From assembly GCA_964603585.1 (NCBI GenBank), contig CAZRVK010000003.1, positions 131,693 through 195,692 of the forward strand: a stretch of 64,000 nt of DNA, given 5' to 3'. The position numbers were made by a program, and so were the translations under genes. Positions 1 through 10,534 of the stretch are shown here, one piece after another (position 1 is the stretch's first letter; each line of letters begins with the position of its first letter). This DNA comes from an uncultured Planctomycetales bacterium. Lineage in GTDB: Bacteria > Omnitrophota > Gorgyraeia > Gygaellales > Profunditerraquicolaceae. The notes under the pieces are model-generated. The model made no database searches, was not told the origin of the DNA, and saw only the letters and a list, made by a program, of their open reading frames with translations.

Positions 1-4
1 TTTA

Positions 5-1444
5 TTGCCTTATGAAAGCTGTGACTTGGGTTCTATTAATCTTGACAGGTTATGCCGGAAAACAGGAGATAACCGTTATGAAGTAGATTGGGAGAAGATA
101 AGGGAGGTCACTCATCTGGCGGTTCATTTCCTGGATAATATTATCGATGTAAATAAATTCCCTTTACCGCAGATCGAAAAGGCGACCCGGCAGACCCGTA
201 AGATCGGTCTTGGGGTTATGGGTTGGGCAAGCATGCTTATTCGTTTGGGGATACCTTACAATTCAGAAGAGGCGGTAAATCTGGCAGAGAAGGTCATGTC
301 TTTTATCCTCGATGAGGCAGTCAAGAAATCCCAGAAGATGGCCAGCCAGCGCGGGGTGTTCCCGGCTTTCTCTGGCAGTATCTATGAAAAGAATGGTATG
401 CGGATGCGTAATGCCACGATCACTACCATTGCTCCTACCGGGACGATCAGTATTATTGCCGGGCCGTGTTCTTCCGGGATTGAGCCGTTATTTGCGATCT
501 CTTATTATCGGAACGTAATGGATAATGATAAGTTGGTCGAGGTAGAGCCCTTATTTGAGGAGGTCGCCAAGGCCAGAGGGTTTTACAGCCGTGCCTTGAT
601 GGAAAAGATCGCAGAGAATTCCAGCCTTCAGAATATAGACGGGATCCCCCAAGATGTTAAAAAGATATTTGTTACGGCGCACGATATCACTCCGGAGTGG
701 CATGTCCGCATGCAGGCGGCCTTTCAGAAATATATCCATAACGCCACCTCTAAAACCATTAATTTCTCGCATGAGGCAGGGGTAGAGGATGTGCGGTTGG
801 CGTATCTTATGGCCTATGACCTTAATTGCAAGGGATTGACTATTTACAGGGATAATAGCCGTGAAGAGCAGGTGTTGAATATTGCGCGCAAAGAAACAAA
901 GATAGAATCCAAGATTATTGACCCGGGCAAGATCACTCCGCGTCCGCGCCCTGAGGTGATCACCGGTACTACTACTAAGGTCGCGACAGGTTGTGGTAAT
1001 TTGTATGTTACTATAAATGTGGATGAAGAAGGCAGGCCTTTTGAATTATTTACCCAGATGGGTAAGGCCGGAGGTTGTGCCGGGTCTCAACTTGAGGCGG
1101 TAGGCAGGTTGGTCTCTTTGAGTTTTCGTTCTGGAGTGGAGGTAAAAGCGATTGTAGAGCAATTACGGAATATACGGTGTCCCAGCCCGTCTTGGGAGAA
1201 AGGCCAGCGTATATTTTCTTGTGCCGATGCGATTGCCAGGGTGATCGAAAAGCGCCTTACCAGCGATATCGTATCCGAAGTTAAGATAGAGGTAGCCGCT
1301 GTGGGAATGAAACATTCTTATAATGATGAGGTTCCGCCTGTTTCTTCGCGCGGTGATATCGTTGGTATATGCCCGGATTGTGGCGGCACACTTCGTCATG
1401 AAGAAGGCTGTGTGAAGTGCCATTGCGGTTATTCCAAATGTTAA
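5..1444 (+). CDS. nrdJ: Ribonucleotide reductase, class II (B12-dependent) NrdJ-like, C-terminal part (5' truncated by window edge)
   Basis: RNR core motifs (TIAPTGTISIIAGPCSSGIEPLF) and a C-terminal Cys-rich Zn-ribbon (CPDCGG...CVKCHCGY) typical of class II RNRs; ORF runs off the window start. Confidence 0.65.
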   Translation: MPYESCDLGSINLDRLCRKTGDNRYEVDWEKIREVTHLAVHFLDNIIDVNKFPLPQIEKATRQTRKIGLGVMGWASMLIRLGIPYNSEEAVNLAEKVMSFILDEAVKKSQKMASQRGVFPAFSGSIYEKNGMRMRNATITTIAPTGTISIIAGPCSSGIEPLFAISYYRNVMDNDKLVEVEPLFEEVAKARGFYSRALMEKIAENSSLQNIDGIPQDVKKIFVTAHDITPEWHVRMQAAFQKYIHNATSKTINFSHEAGVEDVRLAYLMAYDLNCKGLTIYRDNSREEQVLNIARKETKIESKIIDPGKITPRPRPEVITGTTTKVATGCGNLYVTINVDEEGRPFELFTQMGKAGGCAGSQLEAVGRLVSLSFRSGVEVKAIVEQLRNIRCPSPSWEKGQRIFSCADAIARVIEKRLTSDIVSEVKIEVAAVGMKHSYNDEVPPVSSRGDIVGICPDCGGTLRHEEGCVKCHCGYSKC

Positions 1445-1454
1445 TAGTATTGCA

Positions 1455-2738
1455 TTGAAAAAGGTCCTGTATGTTGTTTTAGACGGATTAGCAGACCGGC
1501 CAATTAAAGAGTTCTCGGATAAGACCCCTTTAGAGGCGGCATTTACCCCTAATTTAGACCACCTGGCAGGAATGGGCAGGAATGGTTTGGTTTATCCTTT
1601 AGGTAAAGGGATTGCTCCTGGTTCGGATACTGCGGTTATAAGCCTTTTAGGATATGAAATAGATAAATATTATACCGGCCGCGGGCCTTTAGAGGCATTC
1701 GCCGAAGGGTTAATCCTGCATCAGGGAGAGGTGGCAGTGAGCATGAATTTTGCCACCCTTTCGGAAGATTTTCAAACCGTCAAAGACCGCCGTTGCGGCA
1801 GAAATTTAAGCCCGGATGAGGCCAGAAATCTGGCGGACGAAATAAATGCAAAAGTCGCGCTTTCCAGCGCGACTTTTGATTTTAAGAGTACTGTTGGGCA
1901 TCGGGGTGTTCTGGTGCTGCGCGGTATGCATCATAAATTATCCGGATGGATCAGTAATACCGACCCGGCTTATGAACGCTATGGGCTTTTGGGGGTTTTA
2001 AAAACGGATTTTACCGGCAAGATCGAGAAATCATACCCGCTTTCCGGACATGAGGATTCTTATGAGGCTTTGGAGGCGGCCTCTCTTTTAAATGAATTTA
2101 TCCAGAAGTCACATAAAGTTTTAATGGATTCCAATATTAATAAAAAAAGGATTGCCGAAGGGAAGTTAGCGGCTAATATACTGATCTCCCGCGATGCCGG
2201 AGACCGCCTTCCGGAATTTCCTTCGGTAAACTCTCTTTATAATTGCAAATTTGGTTGTTTTGTCGAGATGCCGATAGAGCGGGGGATCGCCATTTTAACC
2301 GGTATGGAGATCATTGAGTTCCCTTCAAACTGCGGCCATTTGGATGTGGATTATCCGGTTTGGGCGAAAGTTGCGTTCAGTGCTATCGAAAGATATGATG
2401 GTATCTATATTCATATTAAAGGGCCTGATGAGCCCGCGCATGATGGTAATTTTCGCCGCAAGAAAGAAGTTATTGAAGCCATTGATAAATTCTTTTTTTC
2501 GCCTCTTTTAGAGTCGGTAGATATGGATGATCTGGTGCTGGCAGTAACTGCAGACCATGCTACTGCCTCTGTGCTTGGCGCGCATTCTGCGGACCCGGTG
2601 CCGGTATTGATTTGTTCCCCAAGCATAAAACCCGATAGTGTTCTAAGTTTTTCTGAAAGTTCCGCAAGATGCGGCTGCCTGGGCCAACTTCACGGAATAG
2701 ACCTCCTGCCTTTACTTGTCAAGATAGCCAAAGAATAG
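1455..2738 (+). CDS. apgM: 2,3-bisphosphoglycerate-independent phosphoglycerate mutase, archaeal type (ApgM)
   Basis: N-terminus MKKVLYVVLDGLADRP and overall length ~427 aa match the ApgM/cofactor-independent PGM family. Confidence 0.75.
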   Translation: MKKVLYVVLDGLADRPIKEFSDKTPLEAAFTPNLDHLAGMGRNGLVYPLGKGIAPGSDTAVISLLGYEIDKYYTGRGPLEAFAEGLILHQGEVAVSMNFATLSEDFQTVKDRRCGRNLSPDEARNLADEINAKVALSSATFDFKSTVGHRGVLVLRGMHHKLSGWISNTDPAYERYGLLGVLKTDFTGKIEKSYPLSGHEDSYEALEAASLLNEFIQKSHKVLMDSNINKKRIAEGKLAANILISRDAGDRLPEFPSVNSLYNCKFGCFVEMPIERGIAILTGMEIIEFPSNCGHLDVDYPVWAKVAFSAIERYDGIYIHIKGPDEPAHDGNFRRKKEVIEAIDKFFFSPLLESVDMDDLVLAVTADHATASVLGAHSADPVPVLICSPSIKPDSVLSFSESSARCGCLGQLHGIDLLPLLVKIAKE

Positions 2739-2926
2739 TATAATCATAGCTCAATAGCTTTGGGTTTTAAGTGCCAAGTGTCATGTGTCAGGGTTCCCCG
2801 TAGTAGGCGGGTCTGCCTTTGGCAGAAAGTGTCATAGTACATGCTTTTATTGCTTTCTAATCTATGGCATCAGATTTCGTGACTCTCAAACTTGAATCTT
2901 GAAACCTGTGATATATAACTAATAAA

Positions 2927-4810
2927 ATGTCTACTTACGATATCATAGTAATTGGTGCCGGGCACGCCGGGATTGAGGCGGCTTTAGCCGCGGCGCGAAT
3001 GGGGATAAAGACTTTGATGATTACTCTTAAGGCGGATACTATTGGTCTTATGAGCTGTAATCCTGCTATCGGCGGTTTAGGCAAAGGCCAGTTGGTCAGA
3101 GAGATCGATGCCTTGGGAGGCCAGATGGCTAAAGCGGCGGACTCTTGCGGGATACAGTTTCGCGTTCTAAATGCTTCCAAAGGCCCAGCAGTCCAGTCAT
3201 TCAGGGCACAGATAGATAAATACCAGTATTTAGAGTATATGCAGAAAGTGGTTTTTGGACAGGAAAATCTTTTTGTAAAAGAGGCAGAGGTTAAAGGGTT
3301 ACTTGTGGAAAATAATTCGGTTGCAGGAGTGATGACTGTTAGCGGCCAAGAGATACTTTCGACCTGTGTAGTTATTTGCCCGGGTACATTCTTGGACGGT
3401 CTGATCCATGTGGGAATGAAACATTTTCCCGGGGGCAGGATGAATGAACCAGCTTCGGTTAATTTGTCAGGCAATTTAAGAGACCTTGGTTTTAATCTCT
3501 TAAGGTTTAAAACCGGGACATGCCCGCGCCTCGATGCCGGGTCGATCGATTTCTCGAAATTAATTGTGCAAAACGCAGATCATCTCCCGCAGCCTTTTTC
3601 GTTCTCTACGAAAAAAATAATACAAAAGCAGTATCCTTGTTATATTACTTATACCAATCAAAATACACATAGGATCATTCGGGACAACCTGGATAAATCG
3701 CCGTTATATACCGGTATCATTAAGTCTACCGGAGTGCGTTACTGTCCTTCGATCGAGGATAAGATCATCAAATTCGCGGATAAACAGAGGCACCAGGTAT
3801 TTTTAGAGCCGGAAGGCCTTTTGACCAATGAGATATACCCCAATGGTTTATCTACCAGTCTGCCTGAAGAGGTACAGCTCCAGATACTGCATTCTATCGA
3901 CGGCTTATATGACGCAAAAGTCCTGCATTTCGGCTATGGGATCGAGCATGACGTAGTCGAACCCACCCAGCTTTATCCGACACTGGAGACAAAAATATTG
4001 CGGAATTTATATTTAGCTGGGCAGATCAATGGGACTACCGGTTATGAAGAAGCAGCTGCCCAGGGGATTATCGCCGGGATCAATGCGGCATTGCGTGTCC
4101 AGAAAAGGCAGGGGCTGGTTTTGGATCGCTCCTCAAGTTATATCGGTGTTTTGCTTGATGACCTGGTTACTAAAGGCACGCAAGAACCATACCGGATGTT
4201 TACTTCACGCTTGGAGTATCGCCTGATTGTCCGTCAGGATAATGCCGATTTGCGTTTACGTAAGATCGGTTATGAGGCGGGGATAGTTTCCCGTACACAA
4301 TATTTACAGGCAGAAGAAAAACAAAAAGCGGTAGTCCAGGGGGTGGATTTCCTGCGTAAATACCGCATTAAACCCTGCGGAATGGTTAATGACATGCTGC
4401 TGGGCTTGGGTAGTACCCCGATAAAAAAAAGTTTTACCCTTGAAGAACTACTTAAGCGGCCCCAGGTTAATTTAAGCAAGCTTCTGGGTTTAGTTAATCC
4501 CGCGCCAAATATTCCGGAATTTGCTTTGCCACAAATAGAAATTGAGGTAAAATATGCAGGGTTTATTCAGCGCCAGTATAAGGAAGTCGAAAGATTCAAG
4601 AATTTAGAGAAGATCAGGATCCCGGGATCTCTGGATTATGATTTGCTTCCCGGGCTTTCCCGGGAGATCCGGGAGAAATTAAAGCGTTTTAAGCCGATAA
4701 ATCTCGGCCAGGCATCGCGTATTTCAGGAATTACTCCCGCGGCGATTTCGATGATGATGGTTTACTTGCACAAACTCAATGGACAAAAACAAAAATTACC
4801 TCCAGCTTAA
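2927..4810 (+). CDS. mnmG: tRNA uridine 5-carboxymethylaminomethyl modification enzyme MnmG (GidA)
   Basis: FAD-binding N-terminus YDIIVIGAGHAGIEAALAAARMG and ~627 aa length; strong family resemblance throughout. Confidence 0.9.
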   Translation: MSTYDIIVIGAGHAGIEAALAAARMGIKTLMITLKADTIGLMSCNPAIGGLGKGQLVREIDALGGQMAKAADSCGIQFRVLNASKGPAVQSFRAQIDKYQYLEYMQKVVFGQENLFVKEAEVKGLLVENNSVAGVMTVSGQEILSTCVVICPGTFLDGLIHVGMKHFPGGRMNEPASVNLSGNLRDLGFNLLRFKTGTCPRLDAGSIDFSKLIVQNADHLPQPFSFSTKKIIQKQYPCYITYTNQNTHRIIRDNLDKSPLYTGIIKSTGVRYCPSIEDKIIKFADKQRHQVFLEPEGLLTNEIYPNGLSTSLPEEVQLQILHSIDGLYDAKVLHFGYGIEHDVVEPTQLYPTLETKILRNLYLAGQINGTTGYEEAAAQGIIAGINAALRVQKRQGLVLDRSSSYIGVLLDDLVTKGTQEPYRMFTSRLEYRLIVRQDNADLRLRKIGYEAGIVSRTQYLQAEEKQKAVVQGVDFLRKYRIKPCGMVNDMLLGLGSTPIKKSFTLEELLKRPQVNLSKLLGLVNPAPNIPEFALPQIEIEVKYAGFIQRQYKEVERFKNLEKIRIPGSLDYDLLPGLSREIREKLKRFKPINLGQASRISGITPAAISMMMVYLHKLNGQKQKLPPA

Positions 4811-5447
4811 GAAATTTTCTTTAAATCTTGGGTTGGATCTGTTTGGGGTCGGGGATATTTCCGGAGTAAAAAAAGAATTCGCGATCTTGCCGGATCTCTT
4901 GATGAGGTTCGATAAGGCAGTTTCATTAGGAATAGGGTTGTCTGGCGCGGTGCTTTCAGAGATATCCGACCGGCCCACCCGCCTTTATTTTCATCATTAT
5001 CGCACTGCTAATGCGATTTTAGATCAGATGACGTTTCGCGTCAGCGGGTATATCCAGAAAAAAGGGTTTTTGGCTTTGCCGATACCGGCATCGCAGATCT
5101 TGGATTGGCAAAAGCAGACCGCGCATCTTTCTCATAAGCAGATCGGGGTCCTTGCCGGACTGGGTTGGATTGGCCGCAACAATCTTTTAGTGAATGATAA
5201 ATTGGGGTCGCGTATCAGGCTGGCTACCATTTTGACCAATATGCCCTTAAAGGCGGATAAACCCTTTAAAACAGGGTGCGGGGTGTGCCGGCGTTGTCTG
5301 GAGATCTGTCCGGCCGGAGCGATCAAAGAAAGGGTGCAAGATTTCGACCATATCAAATGTTTCGAAAAACTGAAAGAATTCCAGAAACAAAGGTTAGTTG
5401 ATCAATATATTTGCGGCGTTTGTGTGCATGCCTGCGGAGGGAAGTAA
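4779..5447 (+). CDS. Short QueG-like (epoxyqueuosine reductase family) 4Fe-4S protein; start uncertain (overlaps mnmG 3' end)
   Basis: Core GLGWIGRNNLLVN...LATILTNMPL resembles the QueG catalytic core; CxxCxxC..CP ferredoxin motif; only 222 aa, lacks the HEAT-like C-terminus. Confidence 0.45.
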   Translation: MDKNKNYLQLKKFSLNLGLDLFGVGDISGVKKEFAILPDLLMRFDKAVSLGIGLSGAVLSEISDRPTRLYFHHYRTANAILDQMTFRVSGYIQKKGFLALPIPASQILDWQKQTAHLSHKQIGVLAGLGWIGRNNLLVNDKLGSRIRLATILTNMPLKADKPFKTGCGVCRRCLEICPAGAIKERVQDFDHIKCFEKLKEFQKQRLVDQYICGVCVHACGGK

Positions 5448-5450
5448 TTA

Positions 5451-6428
5451 ATGGACCTGTTTTTGGTGGTTTTAGTCCTTGTTATGGGTTCGGCAGTTGG
5501 GTGGTCTATTGGCGCTAATGATGCTGCTAATTCGTTAGGTACTGCAGTAGGAGCTAAGGTTTTAACCTTAAGGCGGGCGATCCTATTGATCGTTGTTTTT
5601 GGTTTTCTGGGTGCGATGTTCCAGGGTTCTTATGTGACTCATACGATCGGTAAAGGAATAGTACCCATACATCAATTAGACAAGAGGTTGGCGTTGTACT
5701 TAGCGCTTGTAGCAACATTCTCTGCCTGTTTATGGGTAATACTGGCGACTTATTGGAAGATGCCGATTTCGACCAGCCATTCGATTGTTGGCGCGGTTGC
5801 GGGGGCGGGTTTAAGTATCGGTTCCCCGGTTAATTGGAAGGTGCTCTTAGATATTTTCATTTGCTGGATATGTACTCCTTTGGGGGCCGCATTCCTCGGG
5901 TATTTCCTTTACCGGATTCTAAAGAACTTACTTTACAGGATTATTCCCCACCGCTACCTTAAGACTTTTATCGCGGTGATGATCGTTTTGAGCGGATGCT
6001 ATGTGGCATATACCTGGGGTGCCAATGATGTAGCTAATGCCACAGGTGTTATTGCCGGGGCCGGAATACTTTCACCCCGGGTGAGCGTGGCTTTTGGGGC
6101 AGCGGCGATACTTTTGGGGATTGTAACCTGGGGATATAAAGTCATTGAGACTGTTGGCACAGAGATCACCCATCTTTTGCCGATCATGGCTTTATCGGCC
6201 CAGCTGGCCAGTGCGATCAATGTGCATGCTTATACCCTTTACGGGATACCGGTGTCTACAAGTCATTCGATTGTGGGAGCGATTTGCGGAGTCGGCTTGG
6301 TCAGAGGTACGCGTGTTTTGAACCTAAGGATAATGAAGGATATCATGGTGTGTTGGTTAGCCACTCCGTTCGTCTCCGGAGTAGTCAGTTTTGTTATCTT
6401 CAAGATAATTCTGTTTTTTATCAAATAA
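5451..6428 (+). CDS. Inorganic phosphate transporter, PiT family
   Basis: Duplicated GANDAAN/GANDVAN signature of PiT/PHO4 transporters; multi-TM. Confidence 0.85.
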   Translation: MDLFLVVLVLVMGSAVGWSIGANDAANSLGTAVGAKVLTLRRAILLIVVFGFLGAMFQGSYVTHTIGKGIVPIHQLDKRLALYLALVATFSACLWVILATYWKMPISTSHSIVGAVAGAGLSIGSPVNWKVLLDIFICWICTPLGAAFLGYFLYRILKNLLYRIIPHRYLKTFIAVMIVLSGCYVAYTWGANDVANATGVIAGAGILSPRVSVAFGAAAILLGIVTWGYKVIETVGTEITHLLPIMALSAQLASAINVHAYTLYGIPVSTSHSIVGAICGVGLVRGTRVLNLRIMKDIMVCWLATPFVSGVVSFVIFKIILFFIK

Positions 6429-6439
6429 GGAGGTTCGTG

Positions 6440-7108
6440 ATGAAAGAAATCAGGAATATTTTAGGCTGGTTGGCGATGGAAGAGGAGCAGTCTATTCTAA
6501 AAGATGCACAGAAGCATGTGGAAGAAACTTATAAGACTGTCGCGTCTTTTTCCGGTGCGGTCAAGGCGTTTGTTGCCGGCGATAGAAAGGCTAAAGATGC
6601 CGCGATCCTTAATGTGGCCGAAGGCGAGCATCAGGCGGATCTTTTGCGCTCAAAGATGGTAGCTGAACTTTCCGAAGGCCTTTTGATGCCTCCGGATCGG
6701 GAGGATCTGATGCATTTTGTAAAAACCTTGGATAAAATCGCCGACTGGACCAATGGGGCAGCGCGGCTTTTAGGGTTCATTGAAAAAGAACTGCCAGAGG
6801 ATGTAACGCGTAATATCTCCTCGGCTACCGGATTGATCGTTAACTCTGTTTCTAAGTTAAAGGAAGGGATTGCCGCTATTGCAAAGAATGACCTTAAAAA
6901 GGCGCTGCTTGATTGTGAAGAGGTAGCTCTGATAGAACATCAGGCGGATGACCAGAAGAAACTCTTAATCGAGGCAATTATTCATGCTAATCTTGAGCCA
7001 ACGAACCTTTTGTTGTCATATCAGTTAGCGGAGTATCTGGAAGGTGTAACCGACAAGATCGAGGATGCTGCTGATTTTGTCAAGGTGATCGCAATTAAAT
7101 CAAAATAG
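6440..7108 (+). CDS. DUF47/PhoU-like phosphate-transport regulator, PiT partner
   Basis: Helical PhoU-like protein immediately downstream of PiT; AAGGAGG RBS 7 nt before the ATG at 6440 (ORF-track start 6284 is likely too far upstream). Confidence 0.7.
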   Translation: MKEIRNILGWLAMEEEQSILKDAQKHVEETYKTVASFSGAVKAFVAGDRKAKDAAILNVAEGEHQADLLRSKMVAELSEGLLMPPDREDLMHFVKTLDKIADWTNGAARLLGFIEKELPEDVTRNISSATGLIVNSVSKLKEGIAAIAKNDLKKALLDCEEVALIEHQADDQKKLLIEAIIHANLEPTNLLLSYQLAEYLEGVTDKIEDAADFVKVIAIKSK

Positions 7109-7133
7109 GACTTAAACCAAGACAGAGGTAAAA

Positions 7134-7988
7134 ATGCAAAAGAATATTTTCTTTGTGTTGTTAACCTGGTTATTTTGTGCACTTTCATCTGCTGTGGCAA
7201 AAAACGATTCCATACAGATCAAAGGTTCTGATACGATGGTAAATCTGGCCCAGGCCTGGGCAGAGAAATATATGGCCGATAATCCCGAGGACTTCATCGC
7301 AGTGACCGGAGGGGGCTCGGGTACCGGGTTTTCCAGCCTGATTAGCAATACCTGTGATATTGCGATGAGCTCTCGGAACATTAAGGAGAAAGAGATTTCT
7401 TTAGCCCAAAAAAAGGGGGTTGACCCTTTTGAAATAAGGGTGGCTTTGGACGGATTGGCGGTTGTAGTCAATCCCCAGAACCCAGTGGATAAATTAACCT
7501 TGGAACAGCTGTCACGGATATTTACCGGGCGTATTTCAAATTGGAAGGAGTTGGGTGGGCTTGACCAGAAAATAGTGATATTGTCCCGAGAAGTCAATTC
7601 CGGTACGCATGTTTATTTTAAAGAGCATGTATTAAGAAGAAATAACCCTGATAGTAAAGAGGAGTTTGCTCCGCAGGCCCTGATGCTTTCATCTTCACAG
7701 GCTATCGCCGATGAGATTTTCGGTAATCCATCCGCGATCGGATATTACGGGATGGGGTATATTTCCGGCCGGCAGAAGCCGGTTGCTGTAGCTCTTGACG
7801 GGAAATCGGAGTATGTTCCGCCTGTCATAGAAAATGTCGTAAACGGCAGGTATCCGATATCACGCCCGATGTTCTTATACACTAACGCAGTGCCGTCTGA
7901 CAAGATAAAGAAATTCATCGATTTCGTGCTTTCTAAACCCGGGCAGGAGATTGTCTTGGAAACTGATTTTGTCCCGGTAAATAAATGA
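7134..7988 (+). CDS. pstS: Phosphate ABC transporter substrate-binding protein PstS
   Basis: Signal peptide; GSDTMVNLAQAWAEKY...TGGGSGTGF motif of PstS-family binding proteins; precedes pstCAB. Confidence 0.85.
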   Translation: MQKNIFFVLLTWLFCALSSAVAKNDSIQIKGSDTMVNLAQAWAEKYMADNPEDFIAVTGGGSGTGFSSLISNTCDIAMSSRNIKEKEISLAQKKGVDPFEIRVALDGLAVVVNPQNPVDKLTLEQLSRIFTGRISNWKELGGLDQKIVILSREVNSGTHVYFKEHVLRRNNPDSKEEFAPQALMLSSSQAIADEIFGNPSAIGYYGMGYISGRQKPVAVALDGKSEYVPPVIENVVNGRYPISRPMFLYTNAVPSDKIKKFIDFVLSKPGQEIVLETDFVPVNK

Positions 7989-8021
7989 CCACAGGGAAAT
8001 CTAAAGAAGAAATTTTTATTT

Positions 8022-8888
8022 ATGTCCAAGGTAAAAGAATTCATTATTGAGAAACTGATCCTGATCTCTGGGTTAGCTTCCATCTTTTTTGTCGTTTTAA
8101 TATTCCTGTTTTTGCTCAAAGAAGGCATAAGCGTTTTTAAGGGGGTTTGTCCGCTTAGTTTTCTTCTTGGCAAGAGCTGGTATCCGATCTCGGAGCCTCC
8201 CCAATTAGGTATCTTACCGCTAATCTTAGGCTCACTTTTAGTTACTTTTGGCGCGATCGTTATTTCCGTGCCTATCGGGGTAGCCTGCGCGGTCTATATA
8301 GCAGAAATCGCCCCGCTTAAAATAAAAGAGGTGCTTAAGGGTGCAATTGAGCTTTTAGCCGCGATTCCCAGCGTAGTACTGGGTTTTGTGGGGATGATTA
8401 CCCTTGTGCCGTGGATAAAACAAACTTTTCATTTGCCTACCGGCTTGACTGCTTTGTCCGGATCGGTCATGCTGGCTTTTATGGCAATGCCGACTATCGT
8501 TTCCATTGCAGAGGATGCGCTTTATTCCGTCCCTAAAAGTTATAAGGAAGGTGCCTTGGCTTTAGGCGCTACACATTGGCAGACGATTTACCGGGTACTG
8601 CTTCCTGCGGCTTCTTCGGGGATTGTGGCGTCGGTAATGCTCGGTATTGGCCGGGTGATCGGAGAAACTATGGCGGTGATGATGATCACCGGTAATTCTG
8701 CGGTGATTCCAAACAGCCTTTTGCAGCCGGTCCGCACGCTTACGGCAACTATTGCCGCGGAAATGGGGGAGGCCGTAGTCGGCAGTGAACATTATTTTGC
8801 CTTGTTTGCCATAGGGATCGTATTGTTCGTCATAAGTTTTGTGATCAATGTCACTGCGGATTTGTTTTTACATAAGACAAAAGCATGA
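8022..8888 (+). CDS. pstC: Phosphate ABC transporter permease PstC
   Basis: Multi-TM permease with ABC TMD signature region; operon position. Confidence 0.85.
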   Translation: MSKVKEFIIEKLILISGLASIFFVVLIFLFLLKEGISVFKGVCPLSFLLGKSWYPISEPPQLGILPLILGSLLVTFGAIVISVPIGVACAVYIAEIAPLKIKEVLKGAIELLAAIPSVVLGFVGMITLVPWIKQTFHLPTGLTALSGSVMLAFMAMPTIVSIAEDALYSVPKSYKEGALALGATHWQTIYRVLLPAASSGIVASVMLGIGRVIGETMAVMMITGNSAVIPNSLLQPVRTLTATIAAEMGEAVVGSEHYFALFAIGIVLFVISFVINVTADLFLHKTKA

Positions 8889-9733
8889 AAAACTCACACT
8901 TGACGCAAAAAATCGCTTTTTCCCTTTTATTCCTGGCGACGCTTTCGATCATTATTCCCGTAGGAATGATTGTCGTTTTGATTATTCAAAAAGGGCTACC
9001 TGCGATAAATTGGCAGTTCTTAAGCGATATCCCCAGGCAGGGAATGCGGGCTGGCGGGATATTCCCGGCGATCGTAGGAACGGTTTATTTGGTTGGCGGT
9101 GCGATCGTTTTTGCCCTGCCGGTGGGAGTAATGGCAGCGATATACCTTAGTGAATATGCAAAGGAGAATTATTTGACCCGGGTAATTAAACTGGCGATAA
9201 TCAATCTTTCCGGAGTGCCTTCGGTAGTTTACGGGTTATTTGGCCTGGCGTTATTCGTGGTTTTTCTTAAATTTGGCGCTTCCATACTTTCTGGTTCCCT
9301 TACTTTAGGGATCATGATCCTGCCGATTATTATCACTGCCTCTCGTGAGGCCTTGGAAAGCGTTCCGCAATCATTCCGGGAAGTGAGCTTGTCTTTGGGA
9401 GCAAGCAAGTGGCAGACTATCAGGCATGTGGTTTTGCCCAATGCTGTCCCCGGGATATTGACCGGTACTATTCTGGGATTGGGCCGGGCGGCAGGGGAAA
9501 CCGCGCCTATTCTTTTTACAGTTGCGGCGTTTTATCTGCCGCGCCTGCCAAAGAGTATCTTTGACCAGGTAATGGCCTTGCCGTATCATCTTTATGTGAT
9601 CTCGACCCAGGTGCCTAATGTTGATGAGGATATCCGTTATGGCACCGCTTTGGTTTTGATGGGGATGGTTTTATTCATGAACCTTATTGCTATAGTGATC
9701 CGGTATAGGTTCAGGAAAAAGAAAAAATGGTAG
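8885..9733 (+). CDS. pstA: Phosphate ABC transporter permease PstA
   Basis: Second permease, overlapping start with pstC stop; EAA-like loop (SLGASKWQTIRHVVLP). Confidence 0.85.
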   Translation: MKNSHLTQKIAFSLLFLATLSIIIPVGMIVVLIIQKGLPAINWQFLSDIPRQGMRAGGIFPAIVGTVYLVGGAIVFALPVGVMAAIYLSEYAKENYLTRVIKLAIINLSGVPSVVYGLFGLALFVVFLKFGASILSGSLTLGIMILPIIITASREALESVPQSFREVSLSLGASKWQTIRHVVLPNAVPGILTGTILGLGRAAGETAPILFTVAAFYLPRLPKSIFDQVMALPYHLYVISTQVPNVDEDIRYGTALVLMGMVLFMNLIAIVIRYRFRKKKKW

Positions 9734-9785
9734 ATATCAAAGTGTGTGTTCGGAGTTTGCTTGCAGGATCAAAAGGCAACCTGAT

Positions 9786-10532
9786 ATGATAAAATTCAAG
9801 ATTAGCGATCTTAATATCTGGTTTGGCTCATTTCAGGCTTTAAAAGGAGTTAATCTGGATATTTTATCGCATGAGATATTGACTATTATCGGACCGTCTA
9901 ACAGCGGTAAAACCACCCTTTTACGCACTCTTAACCGTATGAACGAGCTTAATGCCGGTTTAAAAGTGACAGGAGCGGTAGAATTTGAAAGAAAAGATAT
10001 TTTCAAGGCTGATATAGAGATACTGCGCAAGAGAGTAGGAATGGTTTTTGCCTTACCGTTACCGCTGCCTTTATCGATATTCGATAATGTGGCTTATGGG
10101 GTGAGGATGCATGGGGTGCATAATAAGAATAAACTAAGCATTATCGTGGAAGAATCCTTGCGGCGCGCCTATATTTGGGATGAAGTCAAAGACAGGCTGG
10201 ATACCTCGGCATTTAAATTGTCCGGCGGCCAGCAGCAGCGGCTTTGTATTGCCCGGACCTTGGCCGTAGAGCCAGAGGTAATACTTTTTGATGAGCCTTG
10301 TTCCGGGCTTGACCCGATATCTACCGCTAAAGTCGAAGAAGCGATGCTGAAGTTAAAAGAGGTATATACCATTGTTTTAGTGACCAATAATGTAAAACAG
10401 GCGGCGCGTGTCGGGGATAAGACGGCATTTTTCCTTTCCGGGGAGCTGGTTGAAATAGATAAAACGGATAAAATATTTACTGCGCCCAGGGATAAACGTA
10501 CAGACGGGTATATCCGGGGCAAGTTTGGATAG
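9786..10532 (+). CDS. pstB: Phosphate ABC transporter ATP-binding protein PstB, copy 1 (degenerate Walker A/Q-loop/H-loop, intact signature)
   Basis: PstB architecture; Walker [11 protein letters not shown]-loop VFALP (Q to A), signature LSGGQQQR intact, Walker B ILFDEP, H-loop position VTNN (H to N). Start at ATG 9786 ([10 protein letters not shown]...). Confidence 0.8.
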   Translation: MIKFKISDLNIWFGSFQALKGVNLDILSHEILTIIGPSNSGKTTLLRTLNRMNELNAGLKVTGAVEFERKDIFKADIEILRKRVGMVFALPLPLPLSIFDNVAYGVRMHGVHNKNKLSIIVEESLRRAYIWDEVKDRLDTSAFKLSGGQQQRLCIARTLAVEPEVILFDEPCSGLDPISTAKVEEAMLKLKEVYTIVLVTNNVKQAARVGDKTAFFLSGELVEIDKTDKIFTAPRDKRTDGYIRGKFG

Positions 10533-10534
10533 AG

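Noticed and set aside
2739-2926. 188-nt gap between apgM and mnmG with a short hairpin (CTGCC/GGCAG), considered as an sRNA
   Set aside because: No T-tract, promoter or recognisable RNA family motif; a low-information spacer.
2935-3474. 179-aa minus-strand ORF inside mnmG
   Set aside because: Antisense shadow of a highly conserved gene.
6284-7108. ORF-track start for the DUF47 gene at 6284
   Set aside because: That start lies deep inside the PiT gene; an AAGGAGG RBS precedes the ATG at 6440.
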